A DNA stretch of 64,000 bases from the NCBI GenBank assembly GCA_965222375.1, contig CBDCTZ010000014.1:384001-448000 (forward strand), read 5' to 3'. Both the position numbers and the translations under genes were made by a program. Source of the DNA: Polyangiaceae bacterium. GTDB lineage: Bacteria > Myxococcota_A > Polyangia > Polyangiales > Polyangiaceae. The notes under the pieces are model-generated. The model was given only the letters and a program-made list of their open reading frames with translations. It searched no databases and was not told the DNA's origin. How positions within the stretch are numbered: the stretch's first letter is position 1; every line of letters begins with the position of its first letter. Below, in pieces: positions 28,324 to 38,106 of the stretch.

Positions 28324-29733
28324 TCAGCGAAGCAGCTTGAACTCGATGCGACGGTTCTTCTGCTTGCCTTCCTTCGTGTCGTTGGGTGCACGGGGCTCGT
28401 CGGGGCCTGCGCCCCGAGTCTCGATTCGTGACTCCTCGACGCCTTTGCCCACCAGGTACTTCTTGACCGAATCTGCGCGAGCTTTCGACAAGGTCACGTT
28501 GTGGTCGCGGGCGCCGTCCGAATCCGTGTGTCCCGTGATCAACACACGCAATTTCGGGAACTCCTTCAAGACTTCTGCCGCGCCGTCCAAGGTAGGCTTC
28601 GACTTTGCCCGAATCGTGGCCAGGTTCACGTCGAACTCGATGCCCTCGATCACACCAGTGAATTTCTTGATCTTCTCCGGGATCTCGTCCGGGCAGCCGT
28701 CCGCATCTTCGTACTGATTCACAGTCTCTGGCTGAGTCGGACACTTGTCAGCTTCGCCCACGATTCCGTCCTTGTCGGGATCCGGATCCGGGCAGCCATC
28801 CGGAGGAATTCCGGGCTGGGTTGGGCACTTGTCTTGATCGTCCTTGACGCCGTCTCCATCCGTGTCGCGGATCGGGCAGCCGTCCGGGGCCACGCCTGCT
28901 TCGGTCGGGCACTTGTCGTCCGGGTCCAGGAAGCCGTCGCCATCGCCGTCACGGATTGGGCATCCATCCGGCGCAACCCCTGGCTCGGTTGGACAGGCAT
29001 CCCGATCGTCCGCGAAGCCGTCCTTGTCCGTGTCCGAAGGCTTCTTTTCTGGCTGGCTGCGATTCAGAGTGAAGGTCAGCGCTCCCAAAATCTCGGGATG
29101 GTGGGTTTGGGTGCCATCGGACGCTCCGTTCTTCTGGGTCAGGTTGTCTCGAACATCCAGGCGGAGCGAGATGAAGTCGTCCAGAGGCACTTTGACGCCC
29201 GCGCCAAAGTGGATCGCCGGGTCACCATCGCTGCCCATGGAATCGCTTCCGGCGCCCATGCGGCCTCCGCCAGCGACAATGAAGGGCACGATGCTGTACA
29301 TCGGCAGCTGGCCGACGACGTGACCTCGAACCGCCCATAGTCCAGCAGACTCGTCATCGTCTTTCGTACGCGTCGGCATGACAGCGCCTTCGAGCTCGGC
29401 TCCGAGAAATGACAGGGGGTAGTAGCCGACCCGAAGCCCGATATCGGGTGCGATGCTCTTGAAGGCCTGGTGAGGCCGAGCTTCGTCCTGGAAGTTGTGA
29501 TCCTTGGACGGAAACAACACTCCGCCAAAGATGCCTACCTCAACCAATCCGTCCTCGGGACGGTATTTCGACATATAGCCCTTGGCATTCGCATCACCCT
29601 CTGCCGACGACGAAGCACCGCTATCCGAAGAGAATGAAAACGATGCGCTGCCACCGGCGTCGGCCTGCGCGAAGGCTGTACTGGTTGCCGTTACTGATAC
29701 CAAAGCCACAAAAGCAGTAGTCACTGTCCGCAT
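28324..29733 (-). CDS. OmpA-family protein: beta-barrel + thrombospondin type-3 repeats + OmpA C-terminal domain
   Basis: Signal peptide, barrel strands, DxDxDGxxDxxDxCP repeats, GHTD...LSKARA...NRRIEF. Confidence 0.9.
   Translation of the reverse strand: MRTVTTAFVALVSVTATSTAFAQADAGGSASFSFSSDSGASSSAEGDANAKGYMSKYRPEDGLVEVGIFGGVLFPSKDHNFQDEARPHQAFKSIAPDIGLRVGYYPLSFLGAELEGAVMPTRTKDDDESAGLWAVRGHVVGQLPMYSIVPFIVAGGGRMGAGSDSMGSDGDPAIHFGAGVKVPLDDFISLRLDVRDNLTQKNGASDGTQTHHPEILGALTFTLNRSQPEKKPSDTDKDGFADDRDACPTEPGVAPDGCPIRDGDGDGFLDPDDKCPTEAGVAPDGCPIRDTDGDGVKDDQDKCPTQPGIPPDGCPDPDPDKDGIVGEADKCPTQPETVNQYEDADGCPDEIPEKIKKFTGVIEGIEFDVNLATIRAKSKPTLDGAAEVLKEFPKLRVLITGHTDSDGARDHNVTLSKARADSVKKYLVGKGVEESRIETRGAGPDEPRAPNDTKEGKQKNRRIEFKLLR
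28690..29035 (-). repeat. Tandem ~84-bp TSP3 repeats within the OmpA gene
   Basis: DTDKDGFADDRDACPTEPGVAPDGCPIR / DGDGDGFLDPDDKCPTEAGVAPDGCPIR / DTDGDGVKDDQDKCPTQPGIPPDGCPDP / DPDKDGIVGEADKCP. Confidence 0.8.
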
Positions 29734-29783
29734 ATCTTGGTCCCATCTATTGGAGGTTCTGGTGCGCTCGGGGCGGCATCCTA

Positions 29784-29800
29784 CGCAGAAGTCGTGCCAG
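29784..29800 (-). promoter_or_regulatory. Putative sigma54 promoter for the TSP3-OmpA gene
   Basis: Minus strand CTGGCACGACTTCTGCG; GG and GC 12 nt apart; about 50 bp upstream of ATG 29733. Confidence 0.65.
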
Positions 29801-29856
29801 GTACTTTCCCTCGGGTCTTAGCCGAAAAATTTCCGAAGGTTCGCCGAAAATGTAGG

Positions 29857-29891
29857 CTGCAGTCCGCGGCCCGTCGCCTGCAGTCCGCGGC
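29857..29891. repeat. 14-bp direct repeat x2 with 21-bp period (candidate enhancer/EBP site)
   Basis: CTGCAGTCCGCGGC at 29857-29870 and 29878-29891. Confidence 0.75.
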
Positions 29892-29931
29892 GGATTGGCG
29901 CGATTTTCAACGACAAAAGCGCAAAAACTGC

Positions 29932-29948
29932 TCGGCACGCCTGTTGCA
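29932..29948 (+). promoter_or_regulatory. Putative sigma54 promoter for the DUF481 gene
   Basis: TCGGCACGCCTGTTGCA; GG(29934-35) and GC(29946-47) fit TGGCACG-N4-TTGC. Confidence 0.7.
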
Positions 29949-30004
29949 TGACGCTGCCCCGAATCCGCTCCTGGCTGACCGCCCGATCTGAAAAGGACGA
30001 TTAG

Positions 30005-30898
30005 ATGACCACCAATCTTGCGACTTCGCTCGGTGTATTCGGCACCGCACTGCTGCTTGCCTCTGTTTCCAGCGCCCAAGAGCAGCCTGAAGGACTCATG
30101 AAACAGGATGCCGCTACCGGTGGATCCACAGATGTCGCCACTTCCGGATTCGAGGCACCCGTCGAAGCCGAGGACGAAGACGAAGACAAAGACACAGCGG
30201 AGGCCAACATCTCCGCGGGTGCGCTCATCACGACCGGCAATGCGCGCTCAACTGCCGCGACTGCCGCGGCCAAGTATCGCTTGCGTCGGGGCCCTAACCA
30301 GTTTTCGGCCGTCGCGGCGGCAAACTATGCTCGCGCTGCAGCAGACCCGGACTCGGACACGGAGACGACGGTCGAAAACTTCCAGGGCAAAGTGCGCTTC
30401 GACCGATTCGTCGCCGAGGGGGTCGCGCTCTTCCTCGCGATTTCTGGGCGACGGGATCGATTTCAGGGTCTGGATCTTCGTTTGAACGTCGACCCGGGCG
30501 TTGCCTACTACTTCATTGATGAGAAATCTCAGCAGCTCTGGGTCGAAGGTGGCTACGACCTTCAATACGACGTGCGCCGAGACGAAAACCTCGCGGCAGC
30601 AGCTGCAGCCGGCGAGAACCTGGACAAGACCGAGACCCGCCACAACGCCCGCCTGTTCGCTGGCTACGACAACAACGTCAGTGAGGATGTAAGCTTCAAT
30701 ACCGGCATCGAATACCTACAAGACGTGCAAGACACCGACAATGTTCGGCTGAACTGGGATGTGGGCCTCAGCTCCTCCGTCGGCAAGGGGTTCTCCCTAG
30801 CCACGACCTTCAGTTTGAAATACGACAACAACCCCCTACCTGGCGTTGAAAAAACGGACACGATCACCGCGATCAGCCTCGTTTACACGCTGCTCTAG
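30005..30898 (+). CDS. DUF481/YdiY-family outer-membrane beta-barrel protein
   Basis: Signal peptide; TTGNARS, DRFQGLDLR, PGVAYYF, YDNNP.PG.EKTDTIT.ISLVY. Confidence 0.85.
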   Translation: MTTNLATSLGVFGTALLLASVSSAQEQPEGLMKQDAATGGSTDVATSGFEAPVEAEDEDEDKDTAEANISAGALITTGNARSTAATAAAKYRLRRGPNQFSAVAAANYARAAADPDSDTETTVENFQGKVRFDRFVAEGVALFLAISGRRDRFQGLDLRLNVDPGVAYYFIDEKSQQLWVEGGYDLQYDVRRDENLAAAAAAGENLDKTETRHNARLFAGYDNNVSEDVSFNTGIEYLQDVQDTDNVRLNWDVGLSSSVGKGFSLATTFSLKYDNNPLPGVEKTDTITAISLVYTLL

Positions 30899-30921
30899 CC
30901 CGGAACAAGGGTGGGAGACAC

Positions 30922-31257
30922 GTGGTGGCCCAACTGATCCTTCGACCGCGCGTCGTGGTCCTCGAAGGGGATGCACGGCGCGCTAGGCGTATCACAAACC
31001 TGTTGGCACCCGTAGCCGAGCTTTCCGTCGCATACCATTTGGATGAAGCGGTTGCTGACTTCGATTCTGAACCGGACGCGGTTCTCGTGTGTCCGGGCTC
31101 TACCGCTGCGGAAGCGCGTGCGCGCCTTCCCAGGGCCAAGATCGTGACCCACTCTGGCGCGAGTGGCGCCACCGACGATCATCTGAACCTCAGCGTCTCC
31201 ACCGCGTCGCAGTTGGCAGGCGCCGTCATGCGCCTGTTTCGTCAGGTTCCTACTTGA
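30922..31257 (+). CDS. Small pseudo-receiver-like protein
   Basis: RVVVLEGD...PDAVLVCP...PRAKIV pattern of the receiver fold without the phospho-Asp. Confidence 0.45.
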   Translation: MVAQLILRPRVVVLEGDARRARRITNLLAPVAELSVAYHLDEAVADFDSEPDAVLVCPGSTAAEARARLPRAKIVTHSGASGATDDHLNLSVSTASQLAGAVMRLFRQVPT

Positions 31258-32560
31258 GCCCATGCTTTTGCAGTAGCTTGATCAGGTAGGAGCGATCCAT
31301 GCGCGCCACGCGCGCCGCTTGGGTTACGTTTCCGTCAGCTTTGTCAATCAGCTGGGTGCAGTAGCGCTGTTCGAAGTCGTTCAACACCACTTCCCGAGCA
31401 TCCTTGTACGGCAACCCAACTACGCGGTCCTGAATGCAGTCACCGCCCGCTGTCGGGGCCATGTCATCCAGCAGTTCAGGGGACTCTCCCATCGCCAGCG
31501 TTGCCTCGACCCAGTTGCGTAGTTCCCGCACGTTGCCGGGCCAGCGGTATGTCGATAGCGGGGCTAATACTTCCGTAGGAACGGCTTCCTCCACGGAGCC
31601 GTCGTGGCCCGCTTCGCGCAGAAAGTGTTCGACTAGAAGCGGGATGTCTTCTGTACGCTGCCGCAATGGTGGGATCTTCAGCACGACCACCGCGATGCGG
31701 TAGTATAAGTCGAGGCGGAACGTGCCCGCGTTGACCTCGCCACGGAGGTCCCGATTCGTTGCCGTTACCACGCGCACGTCCACGTCGATTTCGTTTCTTC
31801 CTCCAACTCGGCGGAAACGCCGACGCTCCAAGGCGCCCAAGAGCTGCGGTTGCAGCTCTGCCGGCAATTCCCCGATCTCGTCCAGAAACAGCGTGCCGCC
31901 GCTAGCGCGCTCGAAGGCGCCGATGTGCTGTCGATGTGCCCCGGTAAAAGCGCCTTTCTCGTGCCCAAACAACTCGCTGGCGATGAGCGCGGGCGCGAGG
32001 GACGCACAATCCACTGTGACGAACGGTTCTGAAGCCCGGTCACTGCCCTCGTGAATGGCACGGGCGATGAGTTCCTTGCCTGTACCAGACTCTCCGATCA
32101 TCAAAACAGGTACGGAGGCGCGGGCGACGCGACCAACCCGAGCCATGAGGCGGCGCATGGTCTTCGTGCGTCCGCGCAACTCGCTCAACTGCTCGCCGGC
32201 GTGGAGTTCAGCTGTTGTCCCGCTTCCGTCGTCCACTCGCAGGCGCGTGCGGCCTATCACGACCTCTGAGCCAGGCGGGACGGTGCCTTTGTCGATCCGA
32301 AGGTCTCCCGCGAAGGTGCCATTGGTGGACCCCAGATCAAGTAGCCGCACGCCATGCTCGTCCCGCGTGAGCTCCAAATGGAACCTCGATACCGTACCGT
32401 CCGTGAGCTTGAGGTCGTTGCCTTCGCCGGCCCCTACGCTCAGGGTCTCGCTGCTCGCTTCTGCCCGTACGCCCTGATCCGGCCCGTCGAGGACTTCGAC
32501 GGCCAGAGTGCGCACGGCGATGCGTGGCCGGCTTTCGATGGGAGTCGTGACGGATGACAC
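31250..32560 (-). CDS. FHA-domain sigma54-dependent enhancer-binding protein
   Basis: FHA ([13 protein letters not shown]), [37 protein letters not shown], Fis-type HTH. Confidence 0.93.
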   Translation of the reverse strand: MSSVTTPIESRPRIAVRTLAVEVLDGPDQGVRAEASSETLSVGAGEGNDLKLTDGTVSRFHLELTRDEHGVRLLDLGSTNGTFAGDLRIDKGTVPPGSEVVIGRTRLRVDDGSGTTAELHAGEQLSELRGRTKTMRRLMARVGRVARASVPVLMIGESGTGKELIARAIHEGSDRASEPFVTVDCASLAPALIASELFGHEKGAFTGAHRQHIGAFERASGGTLFLDEIGELPAELQPQLLGALERRRFRRVGGRNEIDVDVRVVTATNRDLRGEVNAGTFRLDLYYRIAVVVLKIPPLRQRTEDIPLLVEHFLREAGHDGSVEEAVPTEVLAPLSTYRWPGNVRELRNWVEATLAMGESPELLDDMAPTAGGDCIQDRVVGLPYKDAREVVLNDFEQRYCTQLIDKADGNVTQAARVARMDRSYLIKLLQKHGLK

Positions 32561-32630
32561 GGCTAGCCGGTTGTATCACGGGAGAAGGAAGCGGGAATGG
32601 GAGTGCCTACAGAGTTGCAAGTGTCCAGAA

Positions 32631-34082
32631 TTATAGTTGCTTTTTGGCAAGCCGGGCGACGCGAGCCAGCTTGCGAACCAGCTGGTCGCCGCGCACCGGA
32701 TATCGGACCACGTCAGCCGCACCTGCTTCGATGAAGCGATTCACGTCGGGCGCAGTGATGCCCTTGGCGCAAATCACGGTGCGACTCGGCGCCTCTTCCA
32801 GATAGGCTAACGCCCCCGCGGTATCGTCAGCGGCGTCGAATACGATGATATCCGCGGTGGAGGAGTCCTCGGGCTCGACGACTGAAAAGCCGTGGGCGCG
32901 CAAAGCCGTCAGGACCTTCGCGGTAGCACCTTCTTCGGCCTCCGGGTCACAGCGCACGACGGCGACGGTTGCGGCGCTGGGTTGTGGAGCCTTGGCCGAC
33001 GTTTGCACCCACTCCGGATGCCGCTTGCTGCGAGCCCCCAAAGGCGCCTCCCCTTTTCGGTTCGGCAGAAGCCGTGCGTTTTCTTCCGGATCGAAGGCGA
33101 TGCCCATGGCTTCGACGACTTCGGTCATGGAGCCTGGCCTCTCGTGGGCCTGCTTGGCCAGTAGCCGAAGGCGCAGCCTCTCGAGCAACTCCGGCACGGG
33201 TTCCGCATCCGATGGCCGCTCTAGAGGCGGTGGCGGCGTGAACATGTGCTGGGAGATCACGTCGATGGCAGATTCACCAGCGAACGGTGGCGAGAGTTGA
33301 AGCAACTCAGTCAAGATGCAGCCCAACGCATAGAGATCGGTGCTAGGGCCGACCTTGAGGGAGCGGCACTGCTCTGGGCTCATGTAGTCAGGGGTGCCAG
33401 CAACGGCGTCGGATTGGGTCAGTGTCGAGCCGTAGTCTCTCGGGTCATCCAAGTGGGCCAATCCGAAATCCGCCACCTTCCATAGCACGCTCCCGTCGGT
33501 GAGCTCCGTGCGCATGATGTTGTCCGGCTTTAGGTCCCGGTGCACGATCCCGGCGGAGTGGGCAGCCTCTACGGCGCGCGCGAGCTGCTCCATGGCCACG
33601 CGCACCTCGGCCAGGCGAGGTGGCGTGGCTTGGGCATTGAGCCAATAGGCCATGGAATCGCCCTCCACGAGCTCCATCACCAGAAAGGGCTGTCCGTCGT
33701 GTCCTCCGTAGTCGGTGACCTTGACGACGTTGGGGTGCGAGAGCATCGAGGCAGCCCGCGCTTCGCGATAAAAGCGGCGCGAGGCTTCTTCGGAGCCGAC
33801 CATGAATCCGTGCAAGATCTTCACTGCAACCGGCACTTTGAGATCCAAGTGCTGCCCTCGAAACACTTTGCCCATTCCGCCGCTGGCGAGTTCTCGATCC
33901 AGGCGGTAGCGCCCCGCTAGGATGACACCCGCTTTCGGCCCTGGCGCCATGGGCGGCACAGGCTCCGTGATCGAAGCCAAGGTGTCTTGTGCGGGCAGGG
34001 GTTTGACCTCGGGGTGTGTCGCATGCTGCGTTACCTGAGTGAACTTCGGGAGTTTGGCTGGTTTGGGCGGCGGATCGCTCAC
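32631..34082 (-). CDS. Cytoplasmic Ser/Thr protein kinase with C-terminal receiver-like domain
   Basis: SGGMGKV, VAVK, HRDLKPDN, DFG, GTPDYMSPE; tail DIIVFD...IEAGAADVVRYPV. Confidence 0.9.
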   Translation of the reverse strand: MSDPPPKPAKLPKFTQVTQHATHPEVKPLPAQDTLASITEPVPPMAPGPKAGVILAGRYRLDRELASGGMGKVFRGQHLDLKVPVAVKILHGFMVGSEEASRRFYREARAASMLSHPNVVKVTDYGGHDGQPFLVMELVEGDSMAYWLNAQATPPRLAEVRVAMEQLARAVEAAHSAGIVHRDLKPDNIMRTELTDGSVLWKVADFGLAHLDDPRDYGSTLTQSDAVAGTPDYMSPEQCRSLKVGPSTDLYALGCILTELLQLSPPFAGESAIDVISQHMFTPPPPLERPSDAEPVPELLERLRLRLLAKQAHERPGSMTEVVEAMGIAFDPEENARLLPNRKGEAPLGARSKRHPEWVQTSAKAPQPSAATVAVVRCDPEAEEGATAKVLTALRAHGFSVVEPEDSSTADIIVFDAADDTAGALAYLEEAPSRTVICAKGITAPDVNRFIEAGAADVVRYPVRGDQLVRKLARVARLAKKQL

Positions 34083-36373
34083 GGCAAGCGCTCCCGAACC
34101 CCGATGCCAAGCTGCCCCATGAAGTGTCCGCCGTCCTCCTCCCAGGGCGATGCGCGCATGCCCAGGCTAGCGACGAAGCTGTTTCCAGCTTCGAGACCGA
34201 GGGATAGCCCGCCTCGGGGCTGCGCTTCGCTGTCGCGCGCCAGCACGTGCGCGTCCAACACCGCGTACCCTGTCAGCCAAGACTGGAAGTCCCAAGTGCC
34301 GCCGCCCAGCAAGAAGCCCTGCGCCTCCGGGAGCGTGGTCTGGTCGGTTTCGTCCAACGCGGCGCGGCCGCCGGCGTTGATGATCACGCCCAGCTGGTTG
34401 CTGCGCATGCCGAGAGCCACAGCAAGCTCGGCCCGCGTAGGCGTGCCGCTAGGCGACGTTGGGACGCCTACCCGAGCTGCAGGCGATAGTTCGAGCCCAG
34501 AATCCGTTCGCACCGCTCGCCAGCGGAGCCCTAGCCAGGCCGCTTGATCAGGCTGTCGAGCATCCCCGCTGCCATCCGAGAGCACGAGAGCGTCGGCGCC
34601 CAAGTCGCCCACGGCACCTTGAGCTCGAGCGTGGCCTTGAAAACGCCCGGAATCTTGGTGAGATACGGTTGCGCCAACGGCTCCCGAGCCAAACGCGCTT
34701 GGGGCCCACCAGGAGATGCTGAGCGCGGGCGAGGGCACGACCGGCGGAGCCACCAGCCCAAGGGGTGGCGGTTTCGAATCGGGCCTATCCGGGGAAGAGG
34801 GGGGCGCATCTGCCACCAAAGTCTCCGACCCCAACACGCGTCCACGACCGTCAACCAAGTCCAATTCCACGTCGCCTAGGCTCGCCTCCGACAGGGTTGC
34901 GAAGAACTCGCCCTTGGCTTCACCCGGCAGCAGGGGGACCTCCTGCGCTCCTCGACCGGGTGCTCCGCTCAGTAGCTTCGGAGCCACTCGGGTAGGGATA
35001 TCGACGCCGTCGAGGCCCGACAGGCGGACTCGTACTCGCCTGGCAGTGACATTCGCCCAAGTGATCTCCGTGCGGGGTTTTCGATAATCTATATTGACGC
35101 GCTGGACGTTCTGGCTGCCTCGAGACCTGAGGGACAGGCTCTTCGGCGCGAGCTGCAGAAGATCGATCTGTTCTGGTAGTGGCCCGAAGTCCGCATCGTC
35201 CACTGCCAACTGAAGCGAAGAGTCGGGCGCGAAAACCAACCGTGCGTATGGGCTCGCCTGGATCCTTCCGTCGATGATCCTGCCTCCGGACAGGGAGCCA
35301 ACGACTAGGGTGACATCTCGCCGGCTGCTTGCGATGCCGAGAAAATCCTCGTCGTCGATGGCCCGCACACGCACGTGATAGCTGCCCTGAGGCAGCTTTT
35401 CCGCGCGAAAGGCACGGACTTTTGCGGTCACTTCTTCGCGAACCACCAGGTCCGAAAAGCTAGAGTCTCGTGCGAGTTCCACCCGATACGCCACGGCTCG
35501 AGGCACCTCGGTCCACGAAATGAAAATGCGGCTCTTGCCCTTCTCGGTGACAACGATGCCCGACGACGAATCCGGGCCGTACTTGGGGGCTGGCGGTAGA
35601 GGGCGAGGTGGCTTCGGCGCCTGCTTCTCGACGAAGGCGGAGCCGAACTTCTCCGGCACCGTCACGGACTTGCCAGCGGAGCGCACTTTGGCTTTGCCGT
35701 CGAATACGCTGACTGTGCTGCGCTTGCCTTTCTTTCGAACGCTGGCTTCCTTGCTGTTGGCGCTGACTCGCGCCCCGCCCTTCACCGCGATCTCCACCGG
35801 CTGGCCGCGCAGTGCGGCCAGACCTGCCTGCACCTCGCCGGTCTCGAGTTCCACTTTTGGCGGCGGCGTCTTGCTGACCCGAGTCACCGCCGCAGTGTCG
35901 TAGATTACGACGAGGGTGTTCTCGGCTAGGTACACCCGAGTGCGGTCGGCGAAGACGATATTGGCTCGTGCATCGTTCAGCGTGTTCACCGAGTGGTTTT
36001 CGTACAACGGCATGCCGGGCGACGCGGGCGCCCAACCCGAACCTGGCGGGCGCGCTTTGACCTTTGGCGCCATGGACCGAAGTTGCGCAGTGGGCACGGT
36101 GCCAACGGTTTCGGGCACCACCAAGGTGAGCCCCTCAGTAAGCGGCTTGTTGCAATCGATGTTGTTGTAGCGCTTGAGCAGAGCCGCGTGCTTCTCCGAG
36201 CCGTACAGGGCATGGGCGATGAGTCGACACGTTTCTCCCTTCTGAATCGTCCAATGGAATATTCGCTCCTGATAGCCGGGGGTTGGTTTCGGCGCGGCTT
36301 GCGCGGAACGCGCTGCGCCCAATGCACACAGTGCGCCCAAAAGAGTCGCGACAGAAGAATCGATGACACGCAC
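34079..36373 (-). CDS. Exported LysM-FecR-Fn3 protein with C-terminal beta-barrel-like region
   Basis: Signal peptide; LysM-like WTIQKGETC..IA..LYG; FecR-like IVFADRTRVYLAENT...LETGEV...VSVFDGKAKV; Fn3-like W..VP.A..Y.VE.A.D..F...YHVRVRAID; alternating beta-strands at the C-terminus. Confidence 0.75.
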   Translation of the reverse strand: MRVIDSSVATLLGALCALGAARSAQAAPKPTPGYQERIFHWTIQKGETCRLIAHALYGSEKHAALLKRYNNIDCNKPLTEGLTLVVPETVGTVPTAQLRSMAPKVKARPPGSGWAPASPGMPLYENHSVNTLNDARANIVFADRTRVYLAENTLVVIYDTAAVTRVSKTPPPKVELETGEVQAGLAALRGQPVEIAVKGGARVSANSKEASVRKKGKRSTVSVFDGKAKVRSAGKSVTVPEKFGSAFVEKQAPKPPRPLPPAPKYGPDSSSGIVVTEKGKSRIFISWTEVPRAVAYRVELARDSSFSDLVVREEVTAKVRAFRAEKLPQGSYHVRVRAIDDEDFLGIASSRRDVTLVVGSLSGGRIIDGRIQASPYARLVFAPDSSLQLAVDDADFGPLPEQIDLLQLAPKSLSLRSRGSQNVQRVNIDYRKPRTEITWANVTARRVRVRLSGLDGVDIPTRVAPKLLSGAPGRGAQEVPLLPGEAKGEFFATLSEASLGDVELDLVDGRGRVLGSETLVADAPPSSPDRPDSKPPPLGLVAPPVVPSPALSISWWAPSAFGSGAVGATVSHQDSGRFQGHARAQGAVGDLGADALVLSDGSGDARQPDQAAWLGLRWRAVRTDSGLELSPAARVGVPTSPSGTPTRAELAVALGMRSNQLGVIINAGGRAALDETDQTTLPEAQGFLLGGGTWDFQSWLTGYAVLDAHVLARDSEAQPRGGLSLGLEAGNSFVASLGMRASPWEEDGGHFMGQLGIGVRERLP

Positions 36374-36399
36374 GGCAAAACACTATAGATCGAGCTGTC

Positions 36400-38106
36400 G
36401 TGTTGTCACCGCAACATTCGCGCATCTTTTTGATGCTGAGTGCCGGGTTGCTTCTCGCATCCACTGCAGCCGCTGAAGGTGGTGCCTTGGAGCGCTTCGA
36501 GCCGTCCGTGCCCGGGGACGCGCTGTTTGCGACTCCCGACATGCATGTGCGTGGCCATCTATTGCCGAGGCTAGGTGTAGTGGCGTCCTATGCGAATGGT
36601 CCTCTCGTATTGCGTCAGGGCTCCACCGAGGTGGGGGACGTAGTGAGCCACCAGCTGGTGCTGCACGCCATGGCGGCAATGCCGCTGTGGGCGCGGGTTC
36701 AGCTGGGGGTCGACCTGCCGTTGTATGCGAGTCAAGGTGGTGAAGACCCTTCCGCAGTCGGGTCACGATTTGCTTCGCCGGACGGTGCCGATCTCGGGGA
36801 CATGCGCACGGACCTGCGGGTCGCATTGCTGGAGCATGACGAGCTCGTCCCCGGTGTGGGCGTGGAAGGGCGCGCCTGGTGGCCCAGCGGGTCCGAGTCG
36901 AGCTACGCGGGGTCGAGCGAACCGCGCTACGGCGTGTCAGTGGTTTTCGGTGCAGACAGCGATCGTTTCAAGTATCGAGTTGCGCTCGGGCGTCGCTCAC
37001 AGCCCGCCCCTAGCCGCCTCACCCCAAGCCTGGGTAGCGACACCACGTTCAGAGCAGGTGCGGCCTATCGCGTCGCTCCGGTCTGGTTTGGCGCAGAACT
37101 CTTGGGCAGCACTCGCGACACGACGCGGACGGATCCCTTCGAACCCGAGAACACCAACCTCGAGGCGCTTCTTTCCGCGCGCTACAACACGGGGCCGTGG
37201 CATGCGGCACTCGGTGCCGGACCGGGATTGTCCGACGCGGCAGGCACGCCGCGCTACCGTGTCGTGGCGTTGCTTTCTTGGGCTCCTGGAGCGGATCGCA
37301 CACCGGGATTTTTCGGGGATGACTCGTCGGAACCGAGCGTTGCTGCGACGGCGCGCCCAGGGATCGATGACGGCTCAGCGAAGCCGGCACTGACTCCGGG
37401 TCGGAGAGATCGGGACCGGGATGGCGTGCTCGATGCCGACGACCGTTGCCCGGAGCTGTACGGTGAGACGCGCACCCCGGCCGAGCAGCGCGGCTGCCCA
37501 CCGGACTCGGACGCCGATGGCATCTACGACGCGGACGATCGCTGCCCAAAGGTGCCCGGGGCGCCTAGTGTCGATCCTGATAGACACGGCTGTCCTGCAG
37601 ACACGGACGGTGATGGCATCGTGGATGCTGCAGACGCGTGCCCGAAGGAACGTGGCAAGAAGACCGAAGACGAGACGACCAATGGTTGCCCCGTTGCGGT
37701 TCGAGTGGAAGGCTCACAGATTGTCATCCTGCAACAAGTCAACTTCGCAACGGGAAATGACCGCATCGAGGCATCTAGCTTTGGGCTACTCTCCGAAGTG
37801 GCTCGAGTCATGAACGACCACCCGGAAATCGTTCGCGTTGCCGTGGATGGTCACACCGACAACGTGGGCAACGCGGCAAAGAACATGGATCTATCGAGGC
37901 GCCGGGCCCTTTCAGTATTGCGCTGGTTGGTAGAGCACAAGGTCGACGAGCGCCGTCTGGAAGCCCGAGGGTTCGGGCCACGCCGCCCCATCGCGGACAA
38001 CAAGACGGCGGAAGGCAAGGCTAAGAATCGACGGGTCGAATTCCAGATCTTGAAGCGAAGCGAACGGCGCGAGCGTGACTGGAAAGATGGCCCCGTCGAG
38101 CGCTGA
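36400..38106 (+). CDS. TraB-like OmpA-family protein (beta-barrel + TSP3 repeats + OmpA domain)
   Basis: YANGPLV...VSHQL..H...LGVDLP...GD.R barrel; D.D.DG..D..D.CP repeats; GHTD...LSRRRA...NRRVEF; start 36400 or 36433. Confidence 0.85.
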   Translation: MLSPQHSRIFLMLSAGLLLASTAAAEGGALERFEPSVPGDALFATPDMHVRGHLLPRLGVVASYANGPLVLRQGSTEVGDVVSHQLVLHAMAAMPLWARVQLGVDLPLYASQGGEDPSAVGSRFASPDGADLGDMRTDLRVALLEHDELVPGVGVEGRAWWPSGSESSYAGSSEPRYGVSVVFGADSDRFKYRVALGRRSQPAPSRLTPSLGSDTTFRAGAAYRVAPVWFGAELLGSTRDTTRTDPFEPENTNLEALLSARYNTGPWHAALGAGPGLSDAAGTPRYRVVALLSWAPGADRTPGFFGDDSSEPSVAATARPGIDDGSAKPALTPGRRDRDRDGVLDADDRCPELYGETRTPAEQRGCPPDSDADGIYDADDRCPKVPGAPSVDPDRHGCPADTDGDGIVDAADACPKERGKKTEDETTNGCPVAVRVEGSQIVILQQVNFATGNDRIEASSFGLLSEVARVMNDHPEIVRVAVDGHTDNVGNAAKNMDLSRRRALSVLRWLVEHKVDERRLEARGFGPRRPIADNKTAEGKAKNRRVEFQILKRSERRERDWKDGPVER

